From: an uncultured Flavobacteriales bacterium
GTDB lineage: Bacteria > Bacteroidota > Bacteroidia > Flavobacteriales > CAJXXR01
DNA length: 57,926 nt
NCBI GenBank assembly: GCA_913063375.1
Contig: CAJXXR010000020.1
Span: 1 to 57,926, forward strand
Direction of reading: 5' to 3'
A program made the translations under genes and the position numbers. Under the pieces are notes generated by a model, which saw nothing but the letters and a program-made list of their open reading frames with translations, was not told where the DNA came from and made no database searches. Of this stretch, positions 28,718 through 37,533 are shown piece after piece; the first letter of the stretch is position 1; each line of letters starts with the position of its first letter.

Positions 28718-29797
28718 ATGTGGCTATTTAGCAGAAAAAAAGACTTTGGTATTCTGTACTTACCAGTATGGATAATCTGGATACTCCTATTCCTTCTTCC
28801 CAACGCAACACTCCATAGTGAACTTCCATTATGGGTTTGGGTCGTATTCATATTAGGAATAGATGTAAGCCATGTATGGAGCACTATTTTTAGAACCTAT
28901 TTTGACAAGCAAGAATTTAAGAGACACAAAACCATTTTAATTCTAGCCCCGATTTTTGCATTCATTATCCTGTTAGGAATTGCGCTAGAATCTTCTTTAT
29001 ACTTTTGGAGGACATTGGCTTATTTAGCGGTTTTCCACTTCATGAAACAACAATATGGGTTTTTCGCACTCTACAGTGCTAAAACAAAATCTTTTAACAA
29101 ACATAGATTTCTCAATGATAAATGGGTTCTCTACACCAGTATGCTATTCCCGGTACTATTCTGGCATTTCACCGACCGAAATTTTGACTGGTTCCTAGCT
29201 GGTGATTTCTTCTCTTTCAACTACCAACTAAGTGAGCAATTACAAAATGTACTAATCATTGCCTACTGGGGGATTTTACTAGCTTGGTTTATCGAAGAGA
29301 TTCACTTAATCAAAACAAAAGCAATAAAGCTATCATATGGGAGGATGTTATGGATGGGAACCACAGCTTTCAATTGGTTTCTAGGAATTATTTGGTTCAA
29401 CTCTGATGTTGCATTTACGCTAACCAATGTAGTTGCACACGGCATCCCTTATATCGCATTGATAATCATTTATCAAAATGCAAAAAGAAGCACAAAGAAT
29501 ACACTTCTTTATAAAAATGCATTTATTACTGGAGCAAGTATTTTGGTCTTTTCCTTCCTTTTTGCATTTTCTGAAGAATATCTTTGGGATATGTTTCTAA
29601 ACCGTGAAAAAACTGCATTTTTCAACAGTATTTTCCAGTATAGATTTGATAGTCTTACCAATGAAAAACTACAGTCCCTACTGCTAGTCACACTATCATT
29701 ACCACAGGTTACACATTATATCTTGGACGGATTTATTTGGAAAATGAATGACTCCAATCCACATCTTAAAAATATTTTAACAAAAGGAAATGGATAG
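28718..29797 (+). CDS. Polytopic membrane protein with conserved His clusters, function unknown
   Basis: 359 aa, 8 or more TM segments, recurrent His motifs (HVWSTIF, FHFMKQQYG, HGIPY). Starts 3 nt after the stop of 27173..28714 and overlaps the next gene by 8 nt. Confidence 0.55.
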   Translation: MWLFSRKKDFGILYLPVWIIWILLFLLPNATLHSELPLWVWVVFILGIDVSHVWSTIFRTYFDKQEFKRHKTILILAPIFAFIILLGIALESSLYFWRTLAYLAVFHFMKQQYGFFALYSAKTKSFNKHRFLNDKWVLYTSMLFPVLFWHFTDRNFDWFLAGDFFSFNYQLSEQLQNVLIIAYWGILLAWFIEEIHLIKTKAIKLSYGRMLWMGTTAFNWFLGIIWFNSDVAFTLTNVVAHGIPYIALIIIYQNAKRSTKNTLLYKNAFITGASILVFSFLFAFSEEYLWDMFLNREKTAFFNSIFQYRFDSLTNEKLQSLLLVTLSLPQVTHYILDGFIWKMNDSNPHLKNILTKGNG

Positions 29798-31301
29798 AAG
29801 AATGTTCTTAAAGTTAAGCGGAGGATTACTTTTCCTATCTGCTTGTGACAATGATTTTACCCAAAAATCTAAATTGAAAAATACTAGATTTAAAATCCAC
29901 ATCGACTCCAATGATAAAATTGGACACTTGGTACGATCTGCCGTCCAACTACCAATTTCAAGTACCATCAAAACAGAGACATTAATTGTAGGGGCAGGAA
30001 TATCTGGACTATCTGCTGCATGCACATTAAAGTCAAATGACTTTCAACTGTGTGAATTGAATCCAAACTTAGGCGGAACCTCAAGTGCCGTATCTATCCA
30101 TGGGAATTTATATTCACAAGGCGCCCATTACGATTTAGCCTATCCTAGCAATTATGGGAAGGATGGCTTAGAACTACTAGAACAGTTAAACGTTATCCAG
30201 TTTAACAGCACTAAAAACCTTTGGGAATTCAAAGACAAACAATACTTGATCTCTTCAAAAAATGAAGAAGCTTGTTATGATAACGGGAAATTGAGGGCTT
30301 CCATTTTAGAAGATTCCGAATTAAAGAAAAACTTTCTATCCTTAATAAAAGAATACGATAATCAATTCCCCCTACCAAGTACAGCGATCTCATCAGAATT
30401 ACATCATTTAGATCATATTTCTTTTGAAGACTACCTTAGGAAGTATCTACCTATTGACAATCATTTCCTTGAAGCAATTGACTATCAAATGTTGGATGAT
30501 TATGGAGCCGCAAGTAAACAAATATCTGCTCTTGCAGGTATCCATTACTATAAATGCCGCCCCTATTACAACCATCAGGAAATTGAACTATTTTCGCCAC
30601 AAAAAGGAAATTACTACTTCATAGAAAAGATGGTTGAGCAACTTCCTGAAGAAAACATTAACAGCAACCATTTAGTATTTAAGATTGAGCAAGAAGGAGC
30701 CAAATGGAAAGCAGACGTATTGGATGTTTTAAACATGTCAAGAAAACAATTCATTGTAGACAAATTGATTTATGCAGGACAAAAGCACGTTTTAAAATAT
30801 GCTCACCCTTCCTCATATCAAGAATTCAGTGACATAGATTATGCACCTTGGATTGTCATAAATTTAGAATTGGACGACTCACTACTTGACGGAAGTAAAT
30901 GGCAAAATGACTTTTTATCTCCCAATAGATCATTCCTAGGATTTGTTGATTCAAAAAATCAAGACAATACAAACACTCGAGTATTAACAGCCTACCACTG
31001 CTTCCCGGACATACACCACTTTATTGTTCAAAATATTTCAACCCATGCAGAAGACTTGGTAAACGAAACAATCAACAACATATCCCTATACTTTAAAAGA
31101 GATATTAGCCCAATGGTAAAACAAGTCCATGTAAAACTATTGGGACACGCCATGCCAATTCCGAAATTGGGTTACTTAACCAAGCAAAGAGTATTGGAAA
31201 AGGATGGTTTAGCATTTGCAGGGGCTGACACGGGAAGATTACCACTTATGTTCGATGCAATGGATTCTGGAATACAGGCCAGCAAATCGCTCGAAATATA
31301 A
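29790..31301 (+). CDS. Tat-exported FAD-dependent amine-oxidase-family lipoprotein
   Basis: Twin-arginine motif DRRMFLK plus lipobox LSAC. Dinucleotide fold VGAGISGLSAAC...LNPNLGGT, typical of flavin amine oxidase and protoporphyrinogen-oxidase-like enzymes. Confidence 0.6.
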   Translation: MDRRMFLKLSGGLLFLSACDNDFTQKSKLKNTRFKIHIDSNDKIGHLVRSAVQLPISSTIKTETLIVGAGISGLSAACTLKSNDFQLCELNPNLGGTSSAVSIHGNLYSQGAHYDLAYPSNYGKDGLELLEQLNVIQFNSTKNLWEFKDKQYLISSKNEEACYDNGKLRASILEDSELKKNFLSLIKEYDNQFPLPSTAISSELHHLDHISFEDYLRKYLPIDNHFLEAIDYQMLDDYGAASKQISALAGIHYYKCRPYYNHQEIELFSPQKGNYYFIEKMVEQLPEENINSNHLVFKIEQEGAKWKADVLDVLNMSRKQFIVDKLIYAGQKHVLKYAHPSSYQEFSDIDYAPWIVINLELDDSLLDGSKWQNDFLSPNRSFLGFVDSKNQDNTNTRVLTAYHCFPDIHHFIVQNISTHAEDLVNETINNISLYFKRDISPMVKQVHVKLLGHAMPIPKLGYLTKQRVLEKDGLAFAGADTGRLPLMFDAMDSGIQASKSLEI

Positions 31302-32843
31302 CTAATACAAATCCCAATTACCATCTAAATAGTAACGGTACAGTACTGGAGAATTTATAGTATTTACTTCCACCTTAGAGGTGTCAAACAAGGGTTTTCC
31401 AAAAGAAGTAATCAACTGAATAGACTCCCTATTCAACCATTTATTATTCAAATAGCTATAATCAGATTGACGCATTATATCAATCATTTTATCTTTAGTT
31501 AGACGCTTACTACCAATTATCCAACCCCATTCCCCTAAGGTCAAAACCTGATTATGCATCGGTAATGTATGGAATCCGGAAGATGACATTGTAGTCTCTA
31601 TGCACTTAAAAGCCTTAGTAGCATAATAGGGACTTCCAGCTTGGGTAATGATATGACCATTTGGGCGCAATAAACGATAAGCCATCTGATAAAATTCCTG
31701 CGTATACAACTTATTCAAATCGATACTTTTGGCATCAGGTAGATCAACAATTATTAAGTCAAAATAAGTTTCACACTGCTCTAAATATTTAAACCCATCC
31801 TGATTTAATATAGCAACCTTCGGATTAAAAAGGGCTGAATCATTATACTGTGTTAAGCCTTTAAAATCCATTCCTATTCGAGTCATTGCAGGGTCCAAAT
31901 CCACCAAGGTGATTTGATCCACATCCTCGTATTTTAAAAGCTCCTTCACATTAAAGCCATCTCCACCACCAATTATTAGAACGTCCTTATGCTCTGGAGT
32001 CAATGCAACTACTGGATGTACCATCGGCTCATGGTACAAAAACTCATCGAAGGTACTTAGTTGTTGATTTCCATTTATAAACAACCAATAATGCTCCTTC
32101 CATTGGGTAATGGTTATTTTCTGATAAGGAGTTTGCTCCGTGTATACAATCTTATCTTTATACCTAGATTGCTCACCAAACAGAACTACCTTTTCTGAAA
32201 GCGAAAATCCAACCATCAACAACAAACTAATGAAAAAGGAAACAGAATAAACCCACTTTTTTAATTGCGGATAATAGGACTTATAGTTCCAATACAATAA
32301 GACTGCAACAGTAAAATTTAAGGCACCGAAGGCGAATGCTGTATTGGTAATACCCAAGTATGGAAGACCAAAAAAGGCAAATGACAATCCCCCTATCAAA
32401 CTACCAATATAATCCCAAGACATAATATTGGATATATTCTTATCCAAACTTTCATGCTTCTCATTCAAGCGTGTTACTAGCGGGATTTCAAAACCAATAC
32501 AAACACCAATCAATAAGGCCAAACCATAAATTAGAATATGGATGAAATTGGTTGCTGAAGCTAAAGAGTAAACAACTAAAGGAGAAAAACTTATTAATAA
32601 TGATAAGGCAAATTCAACTGCAATAAAAGTGGCCAACAAATCTTTTGTCACAAATCGACTTAGACGACTCCCCACCCCCATTGCAAACAACATAATAGAC
32701 AAAACAACTGTCCATTGTATAATAGTATCACCTATAAAATAAGAGGCAAGGGTAGATAAAATAAATTCAGAAGTAAAGCCAGAAATTCCTGTGGCAAAAA
32801 TGGCCAACTTCAACCAAGTACCCTTGTCGATTTTAAACTGCAT
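31302..32843 (-). CDS. Membrane-anchored spermidine synthase-like aminopropyltransferase (paralogue 2)
   Basis: 513 aa, same architecture as 27173..28714 (VLIIGGGDGFNVKELL, TLVDLDPAMT, IVDLPDA). Its stop codon abuts the stop of the convergent FAD-oxidase gene (TAACTA). Confidence 0.75.
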   Translation of the reverse strand: MQFKIDKGTWLKLAIFATGISGFTSEFILSTLASYFIGDTIIQWTVVLSIMLFAMGVGSRLSRFVTKDLLATFIAVEFALSLLISFSPLVVYSLASATNFIHILIYGLALLIGVCIGFEIPLVTRLNEKHESLDKNISNIMSWDYIGSLIGGLSFAFFGLPYLGITNTAFAFGALNFTVAVLLYWNYKSYYPQLKKWVYSVSFFISLLLMVGFSLSEKVVLFGEQSRYKDKIVYTEQTPYQKITITQWKEHYWLFINGNQQLSTFDEFLYHEPMVHPVVALTPEHKDVLIIGGGDGFNVKELLKYEDVDQITLVDLDPAMTRIGMDFKGLTQYNDSALFNPKVAILNQDGFKYLEQCETYFDLIIVDLPDAKSIDLNKLYTQEFYQMAYRLLRPNGHIITQAGSPYYATKAFKCIETTMSSSGFHTLPMHNQVLTLGEWGWIIGSKRLTKDKMIDIMRQSDYSYLNNKWLNRESIQLITSFGKPLFDTSKVEVNTINSPVLYRYYLDGNWDLY

Positions 32844-32860
32844 TCAAGTAGAATTTAAGC

Positions 32861-33751
32861 CTAAGAAAAGCTCATACAGATTAGCATAGAACCACCCACA
32901 TATGCAAAGGCTTCAATTACAGCAGCGCCTACATTTGGATGTTCTTGGTTGATGATTTCATCTACCAATTTTCTTTTCGGAAGTAAGATCTTATCTGTCA
33001 AGATCCTAGCAATAGGCAATAACAACAGACCAATACCAGTTTCAAACAATAGATTCTCACCCACCATCATCCAACTTTCAGCCTCCATTTGAGCACCGAA
33101 TCTTATCAAATTCCCAATAGCAACTATTGCGCCTGCGAATCCTATTCCAACCGCTACATTATCTTTTTCAATATGCTCATGAATATCATAAGGTGTGATG
33201 GCATTATAAACCAATGCAACCAACATCAAAGCGACTTGAGCAAAGAGCCAGAATAGTAAAATACCAATAAAATTGTCTTGATTCTCTGCTATGACACCGC
33301 TAATAATCAATCCATTTGCAATACAAACAGCTCCCTCAATAACTCCTAAACCAACATTTTGATCTTCTATAATTTCCTTTTTTACGGAATACTTTCTCAA
33401 AACAACCTTATCAGAGATGATCATAGAAACATTTAGCAATACAATTGCCAATAATCCATAAATGGAAATATCTATAATATTATCTACGATATGATCAACT
33501 CCGTCTCCCGCATAAACGGCTGATATGACAATAACCAACCCAACATAATACCCAACATGAGCAAATGAAAAAGCTAGGTTATCTTTTTCCACCAATTCAT
33601 GATCTAAATCGATATCCTTATGAATTAATTGATATACTTTCTTCCCTACTAAAAATAGAACAAAGCTAACAGCCAAGTAAACCAAAGCCGTAAGTAGATT
33701 ATCTAATGATGATAAAAAATTAAAATGCATACTAGTATAGTTTAAATTCAA
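32861..33751 (-). CDS. Membrane protein with two tandem DUF350-like repeats (YjfL-like)
   Basis: Two internally repeated halves, each ...Y..I...D...E....N.A......G..V.......AV. The second ends ITPYDIHEHIEKDNVAVGIGFAGAIVAIGNLI. DUF350 assignment is from memory of the YjfL family. Confidence 0.45.
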   Translation of the reverse strand: MNLNYTSMHFNFLSSLDNLLTALVYLAVSFVLFLVGKKVYQLIHKDIDLDHELVEKDNLAFSFAHVGYYVGLVIVISAVYAGDGVDHIVDNIIDISIYGLLAIVLLNVSMIISDKVVLRKYSVKKEIIEDQNVGLGVIEGAVCIANGLIISGVIAENQDNFIGILLFWLFAQVALMLVALVYNAITPYDIHEHIEKDNVAVGIGFAGAIVAIGNLIRFGAQMEAESWMMVGENLLFETGIGLLLLPIARILTDKILLPKRKLVDEIINQEHPNVGAAVIEAFAYVGGSMLICMSFS

Positions 33752-33759
33752 TTAGGGAA

Positions 33760-34458
33760 TTATTTACCAAATCCAGATCCACGAGATCTACCTCCTGATC
33801 TACTTCTTGATGAAGACCAACCAGATTTTGTAGCACGCCTAGAGAAAAAAGATGGTCTAGACTTCTTAGTTTGAGCAGAATTGGTACCATATTTAGAGTA
33901 CTTTCCTTCTTTTGGACCATAATAGCTTCTTTTTCCATAATAGCCTCCCCCACGATATGTATTATAATCGCTTCTGTAAACAGGTCTGTTCATCATTCCG
34001 AACATCTGACTCATAAACATATATCGACCATAAAATGACCAAAATGAACTACCATTATGAGTTCTCCATTCACCATACTTGGAATCACCCACATATCTAT
34101 AACCTGGAGGAACTGCAACTTTAGATAAGGATCCATCTGGGCCCTTTTCCAAAACAACCATCCCTAAATTACCTTCATTCTTCCAAAAGAATTCTTTCTC
34201 CACTTCTTTCCAATCAGAAGTAGATTCAGTAGGAATACTATCAGCAACACGAATTACCTTATACTTGTGTTTATAGGTCTTAAAGAAAGTCCCATCTACA
34301 TCCATATCTTCAATGATGACAGAAAATTCTTTTTCATCACTTAACTCGACAATATAGCTATCAAGCGGTGATTTTTTATACTCTCGACCACCACAACTAC
34401 TCAAAATAGTAAACAACACTACGGCTATTCCACTAAAAAGAATTGATTTTAATTTCAT
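33760..34458 (-). CDS. Lipoprotein with Gly/Ser/Arg-rich C-terminal tail (possibly DUF1190/YjfM-like)
   Basis: Lipobox LSSCGG. A central aromatic/Met-rich block (FWSFYGRYMFMSQMFGMMNRP) and a GGGYYG...SRSRSGGRSRGSGFGK tail resemble E. coli YjfM. Confidence 0.4.
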   Translation of the reverse strand: MKLKSILFSGIAVVLFTILSSCGGREYKKSPLDSYIVELSDEKEFSVIIEDMDVDGTFFKTYKHKYKVIRVADSIPTESTSDWKEVEKEFFWKNEGNLGMVVLEKGPDGSLSKVAVPPGYRYVGDSKYGEWRTHNGSSFWSFYGRYMFMSQMFGMMNRPVYRSDYNTYRGGGYYGKRSYYGPKEGKYSKYGTNSAQTKKSRPSFFSRRATKSGWSSSRSRSGGRSRGSGFGK

Positions 34459-34465
34459 CTATGTT

Positions 34466-34996
34466 TTATCTAGGTAGAATGTTTGAAAACTCAAACGCAT
34501 CTACATTTTTACCTATTGCCGCACCGAATTCTTCTTCTCCCCATCGGTCAATAGAAATCAACTCCTTGGTTTCAGAATGTACATACATCCAATTCACCAA
34601 TTCAGATCCTTCTTCTTCACCTTCAATATAACAAATTCCTTGACTGGACTCGGTACGCTTATACGTTTTATTATTATACACCAATCTATTCGGTGCCTCA
34701 TCATTTGCAACAATACTATTCACTAAGTCGGCATCAATTTCAAAAATATCCACCTTCTTCCAAACTAAACATACCAATTTATCGTCGTCTTCGACGCTAA
34801 GGTAACAATCTTCAGTCCCAGAATCTAAAAAATATTCTTTGCTATAAAAATTATTTCCCCAATCATAGGTATATACCTTTTTCACCTCCCAAGTTTTCAT
34901 GAAATAATCCACAAGGAATCCCAATTTCATATCATTCAAGGTGAAATCTACATTCGGCTCTTCCTTTTTAGATTTAAAAAAATCAAATATTCCCAT
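34466..34996 (-). CDS. Hypothetical cytoplasmic protein (176 aa)
   Basis: Clean ORF sitting 3 nt after the stop of the upstream K+ channel gene. No diagnostic motifs. Confidence 0.5.
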   Translation of the reverse strand: MGIFDFFKSKKEEPNVDFTLNDMKLGFLVDYFMKTWEVKKVYTYDWGNNFYSKEYFLDSGTEDCYLSVEDDDKLVCLVWKKVDIFEIDADLVNSIVANDEAPNRLVYNNKTYKRTESSQGICYIEGEEEGSELVNWMYVHSETKELISIDRWGEEEFGAAIGKNVDAFEFSNILPR

Positions 34997-34999
34997 AAT

Positions 35000-35815
35000 T
35001 TATTTATTTTTCATGGTTTTACCACAATGCTCACAAACACAATCTTCTTTATCTTCCTTTTTATCCTTTTCAGTATTTCCGAATCCATTGGCTAAAATCC
35101 CAGCCGGAAGCGCAAATATTCCAATACCGAGGATAGCCATTACTCCGGCCATAACTTTACCCATAGCGGTAATAGGATAAACATCACCATAACCAACAGT
35201 AGTAAGTGTAGCTACTCCCCACCACATGGTAGCTGGGATACTCGAAAATGTTTCAGGCTGAACTTCATTCTCTATAAAATACATCAAACTTGAAGCAACC
35301 ACCAATAAAGTTATTACTGCAAAAAGCGATATAATTAATTCCTCTTTAGCAGCTTTCATCACTCTCTTTATATGTGAAAGTGCTTTATTATACCTTCCCA
35401 ACTTTAATATTCTAAACAATCGAAGCAAACGAACCCCTCTCAAAATTCTTAAATCCGCCTTTATTAATAATGGAACGAAGGCAGGGATTATAGCCAATAA
35501 ATCTACAATACTATAGAAGGAAAAAAAATATTTAATACGACCAGCAATTGGCCTACTATAGGCACTCTTCTCAGTAATAGACCAAATTCTTAATAAATAT
35601 TCAATGGAAAAAATCCCTATAGATATCCATTCAAGAATGGAAAAAATCTGTTGGAATTCAATCCTAATCCAGGAAACCGATTCCAAAATAACAGCTAAAA
35701 TATTTAGAAGGATTAAGGTGATTATTAAGAAATCTACACGACGACTTATCTCATCTCCCTTTTTCCCTTTCTCTAAAATTTCGTAACAACGACTTTTAAG
35801 GCTCCTGTAACTCAT
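35000..35815 (-). CDS. Voltage-gated K+ channel (6-TM Kv-like, KvAP-type)
   Basis: S4 voltage sensor RILRGVRLLRLFRILKLGR, pore helix and selectivity filter TLTTVGYGD, S5/S6 helices. The start codon abuts the speD stop (35815/35816). Confidence 0.8.
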   Translation of the reverse strand: MSYRSLKSRCYEILEKGKKGDEISRRVDFLIITLILLNILAVILESVSWIRIEFQQIFSILEWISIGIFSIEYLLRIWSITEKSAYSRPIAGRIKYFFSFYSIVDLLAIIPAFVPLLIKADLRILRGVRLLRLFRILKLGRYNKALSHIKRVMKAAKEELIISLFAVITLLVVASSLMYFIENEVQPETFSSIPATMWWGVATLTTVGYGDVYPITAMGKVMAGVMAILGIGIFALPAGILANGFGNTEKDKKEDKEDCVCEHCGKTMKNK

Positions 35816-36178
35816 TTACGATACTTGCATTATTCCCAATCCTCTCTTTACACTTTGATAACTATGATTTTTTGATTGTAATTTTTCTACCAAATAATCA
35901 TAGGTTTTCAAATAATCCATTTTCAGATTACAGGTGAAAAAATCCACTGCAGCATAACCGTTCTCTGGCCAAGTATGAATAGCCAAATGACTCTCTGCAA
36001 CAACAACAACTCCTGTTACTCCTTGAGGTGAAAATTTGTGAAAAACTGATTTTATCACAGTTGCTTTGGAAGCCTTAGCAGCTGCAATCATATCCACCTC
36101 CAATTCCTCCATATTATCTAACGCATCAAAAGAACAATCATTGAATTCCATTAAAATATGTAAGCCTAATTCCGCCAT
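35816..36178 (-). CDS. speD: S-adenosylmethionine decarboxylase proenzyme (class 1, pyruvoyl-dependent)
   Basis: 120 aa. Self-cleavage/pyruvoyl site VVVVAESHLAIHTWPE and FTCNLK match SpeH/SpeD. Confidence 0.8.
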   Translation of the reverse strand: MAELGLHILMEFNDCSFDALDNMEELEVDMIAAAKASKATVIKSVFHKFSPQGVTGVVVVAESHLAIHTWPENGYAAVDFFTCNLKMDYLKTYDYLVEKLQSKNHSYQSVKRGLGIMQVS

Positions 36179-36346
36179 CTATTTATTCCTTTTCTTTTAT
36201 ATCGTCTCCAAAAATACACAATGGTAAAAATTATAATTACCGGAAACAACAAACTAATAATCAGTGAAAAAGTCCACCAAATTGCCAAAATAATCAATAA
36301 TTGAATGATTAATGGGATTATATTCTTGAAACGCACAATTATAATT

Positions 36347-36382
36347 TTTTCTAAAAACCAAAAGAGGCCAAATAGCCTCTTT
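36347..36382 (-). terminator. Rho-independent terminator after PspA paralogue 2
   Basis: On the minus strand: aaagaggc/tatttg/gcctcttt hairpin followed by tggttttt, 20 nt past the PspA-2 stop. It separates PspA-2 from the speD operon. Confidence 0.6.
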
Positions 36383-36402
36383 CAATTCTTGATTAGGAAA
36401 TA

Positions 36403-37125
36403 CTATCCTTTATTTTCTTCTTTTTTCGCTGCCATCTTTGCCTTCAAAGCTGCCAAGCTATCTGATGCTTTACTAGCACCTGGATTACCAATAGCTTTAT
36501 CAATTTCCTCATCTACAGATCTTGATTCATTGGAAATATCACCATAAGCTTCTGACAAGGCTTCTTCTTGCTCTACCTTTTCCTTCATTCTTTCTAACAT
36601 AGAAATGGTATCTGAAGAATCAATAGAAGCCATTTGCTTATTTAGATTTTTGGTAGCGGAAGCAACCTTCACCCTAGCTTTTAAGGTTTTTAGCTCATTC
36701 TCCCATGAACCAATCTTTGAGCGTAAGGTCTTAACATTGGCTTCCAATTTTCTAACATTACCACCAAATTGAACCTGATCCTTTTGTAAACGAGTAGCAT
36801 TAGCCTCGCTGTCCACCTTTCGGTTTAACGCCTCGCTTGCCAATCTATCTGCTTCCTCTGCACCTATTTGGCCTGATTCAGCTCTTTGCAATAACAACAT
36901 AGCTTTTTTCTCATAATCTGAGGCTTTATTTTGTTCATTGCTAATATCATTTCTTGACCTGATCTCTAAAGCTTTCACTTCAGCCAATGCCTTTAAACAG
37001 CTTTCAAGATCCTTTTTCATATCTCTAATCCCCTGCTCAGTCATTTTGATAGGGTCTTCTAACTTATCCACTACGGAATTTACTTCTGATTTACCCAAGG
37101 TAAATAATCGCCTAAATATACTCAT
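36403..37125 (-). CDS. PspA/IM30 family protein, paralogue 2
   Basis: 240 aa. N-terminus MSIFRRLFTLGKSEVNSVVDKLEDPIKMTEQGIRDMKKDL parallels paralogue 1 and PspA. Confidence 0.85.
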   Translation of the reverse strand: MSIFRRLFTLGKSEVNSVVDKLEDPIKMTEQGIRDMKKDLESCLKALAEVKALEIRSRNDISNEQNKASDYEKKAMLLLQRAESGQIGAEEADRLASEALNRKVDSEANATRLQKDQVQFGGNVRKLEANVKTLRSKIGSWENELKTLKARVKVASATKNLNKQMASIDSSDTISMLERMKEKVEQEEALSEAYGDISNESRSVDEEIDKAIGNPGASKASDSLAALKAKMAAKKEENKG

Positions 37126-37137
37126 AACTACTGTTCC

Positions 37138-37533
37138 TTATCTTTTTGAAAATGTGATTAACTGATCTGAATATTCAGATAATAATAAACCTAAAGAATT
37201 GATAGACCCTTCTAGTTCATTTTGATCCAAATTTAGAATCTGCAAAGTATCCCTGAAAATTAACTTCTCCCCTGTTTCATCTAATACAAAAGCTCCATGA
37301 AGGATATCTCTGTTTTTCTGTAATAGTTGCTTATACACAGATGGGTCTGCATCTTTTAAATCTAGGATATGCTGCTCCAAAATCAAAAATGGATCTGCAC
37401 AGCCCAAAACGAAGTTCTTAATACCAACACTCTCATCCTCGATCACTAAAATACCATCATCTTCATTTTCCACAGTGATTAGATATCCGATGTCAAGGAG
37501 GAAATTCTTGACTTTTTCAAAGCTACTTGTCAT
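37138..37533 (-). CDS. Small acidic cytoplasmic protein co-transcribed with PspA-2 (YbjN/YjfI-like?)
   Basis: 131 aa, 12 nt upstream of PspA-2. The fold assignment is a guess. Confidence 0.45.
   Translation of the reverse strand: MTSSFEKVKNFLLDIGYLITVENEDDGILVIEDESVGIKNFVLGCADPFLILEQHILDLKDADPSVYKQLLQKNRDILHGAFVLDETGEKLIFRDTLQILNLDQNELEGSINSLGLLLSEYSDQLITFSKR

Noticed and set aside
35816-36178. Apparent loss of the catalytic serine in AdoMetDC (ESHLAIHTWPE has Ala where many homologues have Ser/Thr)
   Set aside because: The pyruvoyl precursor is the Ser of the Glu-Ser cleavage site (ESH), which is present. The Ala replaces the non-essential S/T after Leu. The enzyme is therefore expected to self-process normally.
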